Part shown: positions 29,639 to 64,000 of the stretch, piece by piece | How the letters are laid out: every line of letters starts with the position of its first letter | How positions within the stretch are numbered: position 1 is the first letter of the stretch | Assembly (NCBI RefSeq): GCF_009914755.1 | Contig: NC_060947.1 | Origin: the human T2T-CHM13v2.0 reference genome, Homo sapiens | Strand: one strand, 5' to 3' | Length of the DNA: 64,000 nucleotides | Notes under the pieces: generated by a model | The model's input: only the letters and a program-made list of their open reading frames with translations | What the model was told of the DNA's origin: nothing | The model's database searches: none | Translations under genes and position numbers: made by a program

Positions 29639-31092
29639 ATGTGACCCTTCTGTGCCTCCATTTCCTAATCTATAAAGTGCAGTTAACATTAGCACATACC
29701 TCATGGGATTGTCTGAGGGTTCAGTAAGCTAATACATGCAAAGCACTTAGAACAATGCCTGGGATATAGTATGCACTCAATAAATGTAAGCTGACATTGT
29801 CATCTTCACCATCATTATCAGGCTCTCTAGATCTCCTAGTACAAAGAGGACTTGCTCAAAGGCGGGCAGTTAGAAATTCATTATGAAAGACAATTCACTA
29901 AAGCACTGCAAAAGCGGAGCTCTTGTCTGGCTTTATTCTACTGTATCCTCTGCACCTTAGTGTCTAGCATCTATTTTATTTGTTGAATATATTGCACTGA
30001 CTAGAATTCCTTACAAACACACAGTAGGTGCTCAATGGTAGTGGTGGTTGTGGTGGTTGTAATGGATTTCATGAAAGTATGTCTTTGGAGCTTGAAAACA
30101 AGAACCAGTGGGTATCTTCTTTCACTTTCTTGCTCAAATCTTTTTAATTTTGTTCAACAACTGTTCAACAACTCAAGGCCAAGAAGAAATTCACAGATAA
30201 GTTACATGATTTCTAAAATTGCAGAATGCATATTTATATTTTCCACATATTTTAAAAAGGTATTGATTTAGAATTATCTTAAGTGGCACTTTTTAAATTT
30301 TTTTATTTTTACCTTGCTTCAGTCCAATGGAAGAATTAGAGTTGGATGACAATGTCTAAAAATTAAGCAAGATGATAAGGCAAAAGCGAAAATGAGGGTA
30401 GAAAAAAATAGATGAAGCAAAGAGTTAGGTTAGAACCCCCCAAAATACCCTGTAAGAATCTAGCCCCCTGCTAGAAGGTCAAAAATTTGGCAGGTAAATG
30501 CAGAGAGTAACACCTGACCCATCACGTATTTTGCACATTCATACAGTAAAGAACTACAAGAAAAGAACAATTATTCTTTGTAATGAAACATGAAAGTTCT
30601 CCCTACACAGAGGCTACTGAAATGATATTAATCTCTTCAGTGGCGTCTTTATAGGGAAGTCAATAGTTTATGGGACTATTCTTTATAGTGTCCTGCAGTG
30701 TACACCAAAGATATGATGCTGAAGCACAGTCCAATAAAAGTAACTCTACAAAAGGGTAAAACGACACAATTTGGGTATAAATCTTTCTAGTAGTCTCCCC
30801 TAGTCCTGGGCTAACAGAGCGCTGTAAGGAATGGCCAAGAGCACTGTAAAGAATGGCCTCCCCAAGCTGAGCTGCTCACACACAAGCTCAGGTACGGCTG
30901 TACCTGAGCAGGACGATCTGGGTGGCAGACAAGTGCAGACACATGGTCTTTAGTGTCCGCTGAGCAGGCGATCAAGCTGACACAGCTTGTGGAAATTGAG
31001 GAGCTTAATGATGACAAAACACATTTCACATTTATGAGCTATTTTCTTGTGCCAGTCATTGTCCCAAGGGTCTTAGAAATATAAGCCATTAG

Positions 31093-32003
<911 letters not shown>

Positions 32004-32739
32004 GTTTTTTATTTCAAGAAAATCTGCATGCGCTGCAGGGGCAGGAAGGCAATTGTTGCGGCTCTCAGACAACAGTCTCTGCTTTCAAGAGGCAAAATGG
32101 GATCCCCAGACAATCCGGAGACTCCAGAATCTCAAAGCCTAACTGTCAGATTAGTGTCCCAAACAGGAGACGAGAGAAGGAAGACCTAGACGAATGAAAG
32201 CTATTGCATCGGGGCCTCCACATACAGGAGGGGTCTCCAGGTGGGCTGAGAAAGAAGGAAAGAAGGAGAGAAAGAAAGGGGAGCAGAGAAAGCCAACTTG
32301 GCAGGAGGCAATATACTGACTGAAGGCTTCCAAAACCATGTATGGCACAGTGCCAGGAACTATTCGAAGTGCTTTACACATATTAACATATTAATGTTCA
32401 CCACCACCATGCATGAGGTAGGGATTATTATCATTCACCTTTCATATGAAGAGAGTAAGCACAGATGGGTTAAGCAACTTGACCAAGGTCACACAGCTAA
32501 TGATAGGCAGTCTGTCTCCAGAGTCATTGCTCCTAATATCTGTGCTGTACTGCTTCTCTAGAAGGAAAGCTTCCTGTAGTGGAGCATGCAGAAATGGTGA
32601 TGGCAAGGTAAGTAAAAGCCAAGGCAATGGAGAGCCTTGGAGGCCAGATTAAGGAGTTGCTAATTATGGATGCTGTAAAGGGCAGAAAGTCAAGTGTCAG
32701 GAGACCTTCAAGCCAGAAGATCCCCAATATGGGTACCCT

Positions 32740-34670
<1,931 letters not shown>

Positions 34671-34999
34671 ACACCAGAGATCTCTGGTTTTGTTGTTCTT
34701 GTTCCCCCTCTAATGCTCTGTCATAAATGACATTCTCTCCACAGATCCCCAGGACATCATAGCAACATTCCCTATGCACTTACTCTCATCCAAATGACAT
34801 GTAAGCTAAGGAAATTGTATGTCCAGGGTGTCATCAGGGAAAGTCATTTTAGACATCGCAGGGCTCCCGTGGGAAAAAACTCCACTCAGGTCAAAAAGAA
34901 CCAGAGCACCAAAGGTCACCAAGTACTCCATGGCTTGAGGTGATGGTACACTGCAAGGACTCTAATTTTCCTCCAGGAAATGAGTGGGTATACTGGGAT

Positions 35000-35198
35000 T
35001 CTGTGGCAAAATCTTGCCACTCGCCCTTTCTGTAGACAGTTTTATTGGAGCACAGCCATGCTCATTCATTCAACTATTGTCTATGACTGCTTTAACATTT
35101 AAACAGCAGAGTTGAGTAGTAACGACAGAGACTGCACGGTCCATAACACCTAAAATATGTGCTGTCTGCCCCTCTACAGAAGAAGTTTACCAAGCATG
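35000..35198 (+). mobile_element. MER58A-like hAT DNA transposon relic
   Basis: AGTTTTATTGGAGCACAGCCATGCTCATTCATT...GCAGAGTTGAGTAGT...ACAGAGAC...CCTAAAATA motif. Confidence 0.7.
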
Positions 35199-35902
35199 GC
35201 ACCAGGAATAATGGTCAGTAACTGTACTCTTTCTCAAACTTACTTTATTTCCAGAAATTACACTGACCCCAGGGCTCACATTTTAACTGGCAGTAATAGG
35301 CAATTCTTGGGCTGGTCCCTACAATTCCTTGAACAGGCAAGAGAATATAAAGCTTTCAGTAATAAAATGTTAAGGTGCTTTTAAAGTCAAATTAACTTGT
35401 GCCCTTAGCACTTTTAGAACCTACTTACAAGCCTTCACTGGCATACTCCCTCTATGCCAACGTCACATTCTTCCCAGAACAGAGAGTTGCAGTAGATTTT
35501 GAATGCTCAGAGATTATTTTTTTTAAATAGCAGGCAAATTGGTCATCCTCAGTGGATAATCACTGTGCCAATTCACAATCAAGAAAACCCGACAGAGCTC
35601 TCGAACTCTGCTGACTTAGTAGTACTTGAACTTTTTGAAAACTTCAAGGTAATTATAGAGGCCTGCCCTTTTGTCTTCACTTGCTTGTATACATGAAAGA
35701 CTTTCAAAATACCTACTTTTTAAAACACATTTAATACTGTAAAATTGTGTTGTTTATGAGAAATGATTTTGACCACGTTTTCATATGCAAAATACAATCA
35801 AAAGATTAAATCCAACATACTGTTTCCCTGGAACCCTTGAAGTTTTGCTCCCATGCCTATCAAGAGTATATTTTTGAAATTTTATGTTTAAAAAGCTTTC
35901 AG

Positions 35903-36621
35903 GGAGCTCTTTCCTTTTGCTGCTGCGGCCACAGCCGTGAGTATACTCAGTCTTCAGAAGAGGCTCATCTCTAGTGTCCTCCACTGTGGCAAGAAGAAAG
36001 TCTGGTTGGACCCCAATGAGAACAATGAAATCGCCAATGCCAACTCCAGTCAGCAGATCCGGAAGCTGATCAAAGATGGGCTGATCATTTGCAAGCCTGT
36101 GACTGTCCATTCCCAGGCACGATGCCAGAAAAACACCTTGGCCTGCCGGAAGGGCAGGCACATAGGCATGGGTAAGCAAAAGGGTACAGTCAATGCCTGA
36201 ATGTCACAGAAGGACACGTGGATGAGGAGAATGAGGATTCTGTGCAGGCTGCTCAGAAGATACCTTGAATCTAAGAAGACTGATTGCCACGTGTATCCCA
36301 GCCTGTACCTGAAGGTGAAGGGGAATGTGTTCAAAAACAAGCAGATTTTCACGGAACACATCCACAAGCTGAAGACAGACGAGGCCCACAAGAAGCTTCT
36401 GGCTGACCAGGCTGTGGCCCGCAGGTCCAAGACCAAGGAAGAACACAAGCACCATGAAGAGCGCCTCCAGGCCAAGAAGGAGGAGATCATCAAGACTTTG
36501 TCCAAGGAGGAAAAGATCAAGAAATAAAAGCTCCTCCTTTGTCTTTTCATACTGGCCTCCTTGATTACACAGATCAGCCATTAAAATAAAACAAGCCTTT
36601 ATCTGCCTGGAAAAAAAAAAA
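35903..36621 (+). pseudogene. RPL19P20: Processed pseudogene of ribosomal protein L19 (eL19)
   Basis: 5'TOP-like CTCTTTCCTTTT at ~35907. 35937-36527 is 197 codons colinear with RPL19 (LQKRL...[12 protein letters not shown]...[12 protein letters not shown]), with start ATG>GTG, in-frame TGA at 36198-36200 and no frameshift. AATAAA 36585-36590; poly(A) 36611-36621; TSD AAAAAGCTTTCAG at 35890-35902 and 36617-36629. The P20 number is from memory, not verified. Confidence 0.95.
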
Positions 36622-36627
36622 GCTTTC

Positions 36628-37879
<1,252 letters not shown>

Positions 37880-38049
37880 TTAGAATTGTATATAGAACTC
37901 CAGGATTATTGCTAAATGAAAAAGCAAAGTGTTGGATAGTGTATATAATATGTTATCATTTGTGAAAAAAATAGAAGAGAGAGAATAGATATAATTTGCT
38001 TCTATATGCATAAAATATTCTGGAAAGATACACACAAGAAACAGATAGT

Positions 38050-38510
38050 AGTATTTCGTTCAGAGGGAAATTAATAGAAGAAATTGGTTAGGTGATAAAG
38101 AGTTAGGACACCAAATAGAAGATTATGAATTAACCTTGGAGTTATTAATAGCAAGAAATGACTACCAGCCTTACGGATGAAGGAACACAGGGAGGAGGTG
38201 TTGTTACCAGATCCCAGAAGCTGGGCCAATTCAGCAGTAGTAGAACCGTGGTGGGGGCTGCCCAGAGGGGAGCTGGAGCCAAGAAGTTGCAGCAACTGCA
38301 GGAAACCCTATGCAAAGCATGAGGAGACAGAGAAATACCTTGGCTCTGCCTTCCTTGCACCCTCCAGTCTGTACCAGTGCCTGCCCTTCCCCCATTGCCT
38401 GAAGCTAGCCAGAAGCCACCAAGCAAAGGAAACTGGGAAATGTAGTTTCCTGCAATAGAAAGCAGAGCTGACAAAGAGCTGGGAATGGATTTGTGAAGAA
38501 ACAGGCATGA
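38050..38510 (-). mobile_element. Old ERVL-type LTR (LTR33-related), tentative
   Basis: CCCCATTGCCTGAAGCTAGCCAGAAGCCACCAAGCAAAGGAAACTGGGAAATGTAGTTTCCTGCA motif typical of old ERVL LTRs. Confidence 0.4.
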
Positions 38511-38846
38511 AAAGCCCAGAAGGAAATATGTTGACCTGGGAGACAGCAGTGGCAGGGGGATATTTTAATGTTTACCCTCTTGGGCTTCCTGAATTTTGAA
38601 CCCTGTGAATATATTGCCTATTAAAATAAGTATAACTAAAACAAAGAATATGTGAAATAAATACATGTCTAATGGAGTGCACTTTTTTTTATTAGAAGAG
38701 GAGATTTCAAAGAAATGTCAAGCTAGAAACAACTGAATGATCAAGGGAATGGTGAAAGAATGGTGCATATGCACAATTAAATAACATACAGCTATTTAAA
38801 AGAATGAGTCATAGAATACCTATGAAAAGACACACAAGAAAGTAGT

Positions 38847-41815
<2,969 letters not shown>

Positions 41816-42574
41816 ATAAAAGAAGTTAAAGACTTTCTTATAGTTATGCTAAATATTTTAATGATGAATATTTTTAGAAGGACAGGTAATAAAATGGAAT
41901 GTACAGCATGATTCCAATTTAGGGAAAAATATATATGTGTACACAGAAGAAAGTACTTCAAGGTCAGAAATGGAAATCCCTAGATAGACTGAACAAAGAG
42001 GGATCTAAAGACAGAAGGGATCTGGACTTTGGGTTGGCACATTAACATGGGCATCAAAGAAAGAGGCCAGAGGGGAAGATGGAGACAGGGTCTGCAATGG
42101 CACTAAGGAACCACTAACTTAACTGACCCAAGTGTCATTAGTTTCTGGATTTCTTGTTAATGGGAAAATAAAATTTTCTGGATTAAACTAACCAGAAACT
42201 AAACTATCAAAAGTCCCTTTTGATTACATGTCCTCCTAAGTTCTAATCCGATTTGATCTAACTTTCTCCATTTTACATGATGTTATTGTCCAGTATCTTA
42301 GTTCCATTATGTGTTTTCTGTTTTTTTTTAGTTTATTTTATTTTATTGTATGCAGCTCATAACCTGAAGTTCCATTATGTTTTAATGCCCCCTTAATAAC
42401 CATCCTTAAAAATATGTAGTAAATTCCTGTTTAGCTTTACTTATACATTTACCAATACATTTACCAATACATTTATTCTCATAGGTCTTCCATCTGAACT
42501 CTTGTTTCCTTGCTCAAATATCTTTTTCCTTATGAAAATCCTTTGCTTTTTTTTCTCAGTAAGGACTTAAACAA

Positions 42575-45680
<3,106 letters not shown>

Positions 45681-45681
45681 G

Positions 45682-46210
<529 letters not shown>

Positions 46211-46399
46211 CTGTCTGAGTAAATTATTTTAAAGGAACACTTAACAATGATCTAGTATTCTAGCCGATGTGTGCTTTTTGGCCCTATTTGTACTATACCA
46301 AAATATTATTTTGGTGGGAAACAAGACAAAAAGTTCCCACTTATCATTTGGCATGACGTAAATCAAAAAGAATAAACGTTTGTTGGTTTTAAAATATTT

Positions 46400-49800
<3,401 letters not shown>

Positions 49801-50100
49801 TGTAACAGTCAGGGCTCAATCTGAGAAGCAGAGCCACTAGGAGATATATATTTATTATGTATTTGTTACAGAAATTTGACCTTACAAAATGGCAAGAGCT
49901 GGTTAAGCAGTCTCTCTGAGGCTTCGGGCTGGAGCTTGAAGTCCACAGTGGGGAAGGGAAGATGGATGCAAAGTGTAGGAAGATAAAGGAAAAGATTGAA
50001 CCCATAAGCAAAAACTGGAGCCCATGACGACTGTTGGAAACTTGTTTCAGCTCTTGTCCCTTCTGACCTTGATGGTCAGGGCTGCTTGTTACAGACACCT
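49801..50100 (-). mobile_element. ERVL LTR fragment (LTR41/LTR52-like)
   Basis: TGTAACAGTCAGGGCTCAATCTGAGAAGCAGAGCCACTAGG; similar to the elements at 25733 and 51022. Confidence 0.5.
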
Positions 50101-50117
50101 TGCCCTGGCATCAGAAA

Positions 50118-50330
50118 AACCCCACCAGGTAAAGAACTATGACCAGCTGAGGAGCTTGCTGAAGGCAAAAGGAAGATGTGATGGGTAGTGGAAGAAGATA
50201 GTGATAAACACCAGCTATGACCATGTGACCAGTTGTAGAAACAAGGACTGTGATAGTTATGAGTATTTCTTCCTTATTTTAATGTGAATAAGTTTATATA
50301 TATATTAGCCAAATATTTTTGTTTTCTTCC
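50118..50330 (+). mobile_element. ERVL internal-region fragment (3' end of the internal coding region)
   Basis: Translates to PAEELAEGKRKM*WVVEEDSDKHQL*PCDQL*KQGL*, resembling recalled HERV-L PAEVLAEGKGNTEWVVEEGS.QYQLRPRDQLQKRGL*. Confidence 0.65.
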
Positions 50331-50613
50331 TTTCTGGGTCTTAGCTACCACAGAGCTCAGATCACCCTCTCCCATCCCAGTAGCTACAGTGGCCCTTATT
50401 ATTGGCATAGTTGTGGTCTCCCCTTTTGTCTCAATCATTTCCTCATGATTGCATTTGTCTCTTTTTGTTAACCAATTCATATATTTTTGGGAGAGAAGTA
50501 GAAATCAAATAAACAAACAATGATTGTAGTAGTAATCAGCTTTTGGACATTTCCTTTATTTTCCTTTTTACATAATACACATTTATAGTGGTACTACACA
50601 TTTTTTCCTTGGG

Positions 50614-50614
<1 letters not shown>

Positions 50615-50649
<35 letters not shown>

Positions 50650-50667
50650 TACATATATATATATATA
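50615..50667. repeat. Compound (CA)n(TA)n microsatellite
   Basis: Directly visible. Confidence 0.95.
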
Positions 50668-50678
50668 TTTTTTTTTAA

Positions 50679-50837
<159 letters not shown>

Positions 50838-51021
50838 TAGTAGAGACGGGGTTTCTCCATGTTGGTCAGGCTGGTCTCAAACTCCCGACTTCAGGTGATC
50901 CACCTGCTTCAGCCTCCCAAAGTGCTGGGATTACAGGCTTGAGCCACCGCACCTGGCCAGGAACATATTATATGTAATAACAATGAAACAGGGGCTGAAG
51001 AAAGTTTTCTTCCTAAAGGGG

Positions 51022-52193
<1,172 letters not shown>

Positions 52194-52264
52194 TGATCCA
52201 CCCACCTCGGCCTCCCAAAGTGCTGGGATTACAGGCATGAGCCACTGCGCGCCACTGCTTTGTT

Positions 52265-54615
<2,351 letters not shown>

Positions 54616-56130
54616 AGAATGTCCTTTGGAGAATCTCTTTTTGAGGATACAATGAGAACATGGCAGTTTGACAGCCCTCACCAGAACCTAACCATGCTGG
54701 CACCCTAATCTCAGACATCCAGTCTCCAGAACCGTGACAAATTTCTGTTGTTTAAGCCACCTGTCATACTTAGTTAAAGCAGCTCAAACTAAGACATTCA
54801 TCTAAACATTTGCCTTGGCGTTTATTTATAAGAGCATAGAGTCTCATGAATGTGTCATTATAAAACAATTTCAGAGGTTCAGGCCTAGACTTAACATCTA
54901 GTTCAACATCCATATCGGTCAGAAGTTTTCCCAATAAACAGACCACAAATAAAAATACAGATGGCAAACGTCTGGAGTAGCAGGTAGGGTGACCCAGGTA
55001 TAGCAGCTTCTACTTTTCCCCAGAAAAAATCATTTTATTATTGCCGTTATAAGCAGTGCTAAGACAACGCTGTCATTTTAATATTAATTTTGAATATTGT
55101 CTTGTTTTATGCTAATTTAAGAAACAATTCTTTAGAATGGCTATGACCCACTTGAAGAAAACACCCATGGAGATTACTGGAGCCCCAGTACCAGGTCTTC
55201 AGAATCCTAGGGGTAGATTGGAATCACTGAGAAGAAGGCCTCTTGTGCAATTATACTGTGTAAATCAGCATTCTCCAGTATCTTTATTACAGTTTCCCCC
55301 AGCTGGTAAAATATTGTTTCCTCCATCCTCTACATGCACAAACACTCGACCTAAGCAAATTTTGGCTTTGCAATATCAGGATCAAAGAACAAATGGTAAG
55401 GCCATAGAAGCATCATGTAGAGTCCCAGGAATATGTCTCTACTTGTGCCAGCAGAGACTTCCTTCCAAGATCTCAAACCCAGTTGCAGGCTTAGTGAGGT
55501 TGTCCTAAAATGTGAGATACACATAGGATTGGCAAGGTATGAAATATATCACGGGCTTTTCCTTCTTCTTCAGAATTATAGCTCTCAGTTAGACAGGAGG
55601 AAGACAAATGCGACATGAGTTCTGAATTATTCTTTTTTATTTATACACTTCAGCAGTTCATTGTTGACTTATCTCCTGCAGGTTGAAACTAATGAGAGGC
55701 TGAATAATTTCATGTAAGTCAAGAAAATGGAAACTGGATATGTTTGGAATAGTCGTTATATAAAATATGGTTGTTTTTACTACTTTTAACTTTTGAATGG
55801 TAGACTATCTTGTTAATTCAATAAAAAAATTTATGAAAGTGAATAAGTAATGTTTGTAAGTTTCTCTAAGCTCTTTGGATGAAAGGTGCTATATAAAACC
55901 AAAGTATACTGTGTTGCATTATTATTTTATTTCATAAACTCTGCAGCATAAAAAGCTGCAAATAAAATCTCCCACTGCATTGGGAAAGATGATTATTATC
56001 TTCCTACTCCTGGAAATAGATTTTTCAGGCTTTTGTGAAAGCAGCAACCCCTGTTTTTTGTTGCTGCACAAGCTTTTTATGCTCACAGGCAGATATTGAC
56101 AGGTCAAGTTTCATACGAGTTGTGTAGACA

Positions 56131-56169
56131 GCACGCGTGTGCGTGTGTGTGTGTGTGTGTGCACATGCA
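56131..56169. repeat. Alternating purine-pyrimidine (GC/GT)n tract
   Basis: GCACGCGTGTGCGTGTGTGTGTGTGTGTGTGCACATGCA. Confidence 0.9.
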
Positions 56170-57154
56170 GTGGGCATGTGCATTCACATGGGAAATAAAT
56201 CATGCAAAGGATGAATCAGACATTTGATTAGGTGTCAGTTTATGTCAATATTTATTTCTGATGCTAGTGTGTGTTGCATTTCTGAAATTGGTATATTATT
56301 TTAAAAGTAGGCAATTTGGGAGGAATTTATTTTCAGGGTCAAGAAAGTGAAAAGAAAAATTTGTGCTTTGTCATCTTGTGACAGCACTGAAATTTATATG
56401 TCATGCTCCAGAATTCAATCACTCCACAAAGATAAATTGAGTGCACTTATGAAATTCTCGCATCATAATCCCAAGCTGTGTTTGATGAATTAGGAAGTTT
56501 AATAAATGTTTAATAGCTTGACTACATTCAGAAAGCAATGAAGGGAGGTAAAGTATATGTGCATCAAAAGTTTAAAAACTACTAAAGACAGTAGTATATG
56601 TCAAAACATGCAAAATGAGTCATCTGAGGAGTAAAGGCTGTGTATTCAGAGGCAGGAGATGCAGCCAAAAAATCAGAGGTAAATGTGACAGCAGAGTCAT
56701 CAGAGGGACTAGCTGCTGGAATGGAATTTTCAGGGAGACAATGGGGGAGGTGAGGTTGGAAATTTAGCTTGACAATACAACAAATTGAAATAATATCCTA
56801 AATAGTTCTCCATTTTCTCTCTCAGTTGTAATTATCTACAATTGTTTTGTCCTTGATTTAAATCGGTACATGTGAATATGCCTGCTGCCCAGGATGGAGA
56901 CACACAGTTGGTCTTGCTTTTCCAATAAGTACAAAAGAACAGGCAATGACAAGCATCTTGGTTGATGATGATAATGTTTAAAATATTTTATTTAACAAGT
57001 TTTTATCCTAACTCTTCTTCATCCAACAGGCTCACATCACTGTCAGCAGCCCTGAAACACTTTATATGGTTGCTGTATCTCTATTTCTTTCCATCTTAAC
57101 ATCCTGGATCGGCTGTCAGCAGTCTTGAAAGTTTGATTTAAAGCAAAATCAAAC

Positions 57155-57655
57155 AGATGTGGAAAAATTGGAACCCTCATACATTGCTGGTAAGAATGTA
57201 ATGGTGCAGCCACTATGGAAAACAGTTTGGCAGTTCCTGAAAATAGTAAATACAGAGTTATTAAATACCTCATGATCCAGAAATTCCTAAGTATATACCC
57301 AAGAGAAATGAAAACATGTTCACACAAAAACTTGTACGTGAATGTTCATAGTGTCATTATTCATAGTAGCCAAAAAGCAGAAACAACTCAACTGTCCGTC
57401 AGCTGATTAATGAACAGGTATAAAAAGCAAGAAGTATCGATACGTGCTACAACATAGATAAACCTTGTCCACGGGGAGTTGGACAGTGGGGAATGACCGC
57501 TAAAGGGCTTTTTTGGGGGATGATGAAAATAGTCTAAAATGAGATGGGAGTAATGGTTGCATACTGTGAATATGCTCAAAACCATTGACTTGTATACTTC
57601 AAGTGGATGAATCGTATGTTATATGAATTGTATCTCAATAAAGCTGTTTTAAAAA
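57155..57655 (+). mobile_element. L1MB/MC-type 3' end
   Basis: GATGTGGAAAAATTGGAACCCTCATACATTGCTGG...TGAATTGTATCTCAATAAAGCTG. Confidence 0.8.
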
Positions 57656-57663
57656 TCAAACAC

Positions 57664-60336
<2,673 letters not shown>

Positions 60337-60987
60337 TCCTTTTTATCCCCTCATTTCAGATCTAGAACTACATATTGAGTTTAACTTCACAAAATTTGAG
60401 CGCAGCACCTTTCTCCTATAATAACACCGAGAACTTCTCATTTACCCTCTGTGTAAATTATCATGAATTCAAAGTCAGTGGAGTCCAAATTAATGAGGAC
60501 TTGCAACATTTCCTCCCTGAGCTCCCTGGAAGGCCCCCACGCCATACATCATCCAACACTGAGCTTTTTAGCTTATAAAATCTGAAAACACAGCCTGAGG
60601 GAGCAAGGCCATAGAGAAGTATCAGGAGGATAATGTTAACACCTGTAATAAAATTAAAACCATGAATACAACTAGGGGAACTGTCCATCCATGAAATGAG
60701 CATGTTAGTGTAAATGAATTAAGAATTAGAAATCAATGAGCTCTATTAATTGAGTTGATTCCTGTAATCTGGTAAAATTCAAATAGCATCTTCTTTTTAT
60801 TGGCCCATGGACTGCCTGGATGAACACCACTAGAACCTTTGGAAAGCAAGACTAAAAATAATCCAATGCTTAAAAACTTTCAGCAGGGCCATGCTGAAGG
60901 TAGCTTAGACCAGCACTTGGCTTTAGAGCTGTAGGTTCCTAGAATTCGTAAGAGTAATAATAATAATGACCACTTACATAGTACTAC

Positions 60988-61667
<680 letters not shown>

Positions 61668-62099
61668 ACTACCTATGTGCCAAGTACTGTTATAAGTTTC
61701 CTCACTTAATCTTCACAGTTGTGCAGTGGGTGCTATTATTATCATCCGCATTTTACAGGTAAAGAGATCAAGGCACAGGTTAAGTGATTTGCTCAGGATC
61801 ACATAGCTAGGAAGCAATGAAACTAGAATTTAAATGGTTCTAAATCATTACACTGCACTGCCTCTCTTCATGCTATGCTGCTTCTAATGTGAAGTGACTT
61901 GGCAAAAAGGATAGGGCTGGCAATGAAGGACAGTGTCTTTTTCGTGGGCCAGAAAGATGTTGTCTGGCAGTGTATTCATAAGCTCATCTGAAAAAAAAAA
62001 AAAGAAAGTGTACATCTTCAAACACAGATAATTGGAATAATTTGCCTTCTAATGAGGGGAAAAAAAAACAGCCTTTCTCCCTTTGCTGATTGAGTCCCC

Positions 62100-62565
62100 T
62101 TTGGGGTGCATCACATTACTATTCCCATCTCTTTCTCCCTTGCTATATCCATATCCTTTGCCTGGTAACTTTGCAGTTCTTCCCGTTAGAGGTGGAGTCT
62201 GTTTCTCCACTCCTAGGCTTCAGGCTCAGCCATATGATTCACTTTGGCCAAAGGGATATTAAGCCAAAGTGATGCGAGCAGGAGCTTGAAATGTGCTTGC
62301 GCAGCTGGGTTGCTTTTCCCCCTCACTTGCCATCGCCGTGGGAATTGCATGTTCTGGCAAGCCTGCTGGTTGAAGGAGGATGAGCAATGTGTGTGGAGCA
62401 GATCTGCACCCAGCCTGGGCTTCCAGCCAACCTCAGCTGAGCCCAGCCCACACCAGCTGACCCCACAGCCAACCTGCAGATGTGGGAGTGAAAATTAATG
62501 AATGTTGTTTTAAGCCACCAGGTTTTGAGGTGGTTTGTTTTGCAGTAAGAATACGGCAATAGCTG
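62100..62565 (+). mobile_element. Old MLT1-family (F-I like) MaLR LTR
   Basis: AACTTTGCAGTTCTTCCC...AGAGGTGGAGTCTGTTTCTCCAC...TTGTTTTAAGCCACCAGGTTTTGAGGTGGTTTGTT motifs. Confidence 0.65.
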
Positions 62566-62566
62566 A

Positions 62567-63848
<1,282 letters not shown>

Positions 63849-64000
63849 TTATGAAGCGATTCTACAGGACCATACGTGATTTCCAACTAGTCTGGATTTA
63901 ATCAATGGCTACCTGTCCCTTTTCAGTAAATGTGCCCATAGCAATCATCTACATGTTGGCAGAAACTTCTCTTCTAAAAGGATATTGTACTTAAGTCACT

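Overview
Primate (very probably human) intergenic DNA, dense in Alu SINEs (roughly 75-80 copies or fragments by eye). It also carries old L1M/L1PA fragments, MIR/L2, hAT DNA-transposon relics (MER20, MER58) and several solo LTRs (two LTR8, two THE1, MLT1s, ERVL-type). No intact multi-exon gene is visible, and nearly all ORFs in the track are Alu/L1 artefacts. There are two processed pseudogenes, both on the + strand. (1) A full-length retrocopy of the CHTF8/DERPC locus (20118-22870), made from the exon-skipped DERPC-type mRNA and inserted into the linker of an Alu. It still has a 468-codon open DERPC frame, kept open by two compensating frameshifts. (2) An RPL19 retrocopy (35903-36621) with a 13-bp TSD, ATG>GTG and one CGA>TGA stop. 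From memory only (unverified), this pair fits CHTF8P1 and RPL19P20 at human Xp11.3. The clearest structural finding is a ~1.1-1.7 kb Alu-Alu recombination inversion at ~6.1-7.8 kb. It splits an LTR8 and an AluJ and is supported by four target-site-duplication pairs visible in the sequence. I found no evidence of a novel multi-gene system. Repeat subfamily names and parent-protein comparisons come from recalled consensus sequences, and repeat boundaries are approximate.
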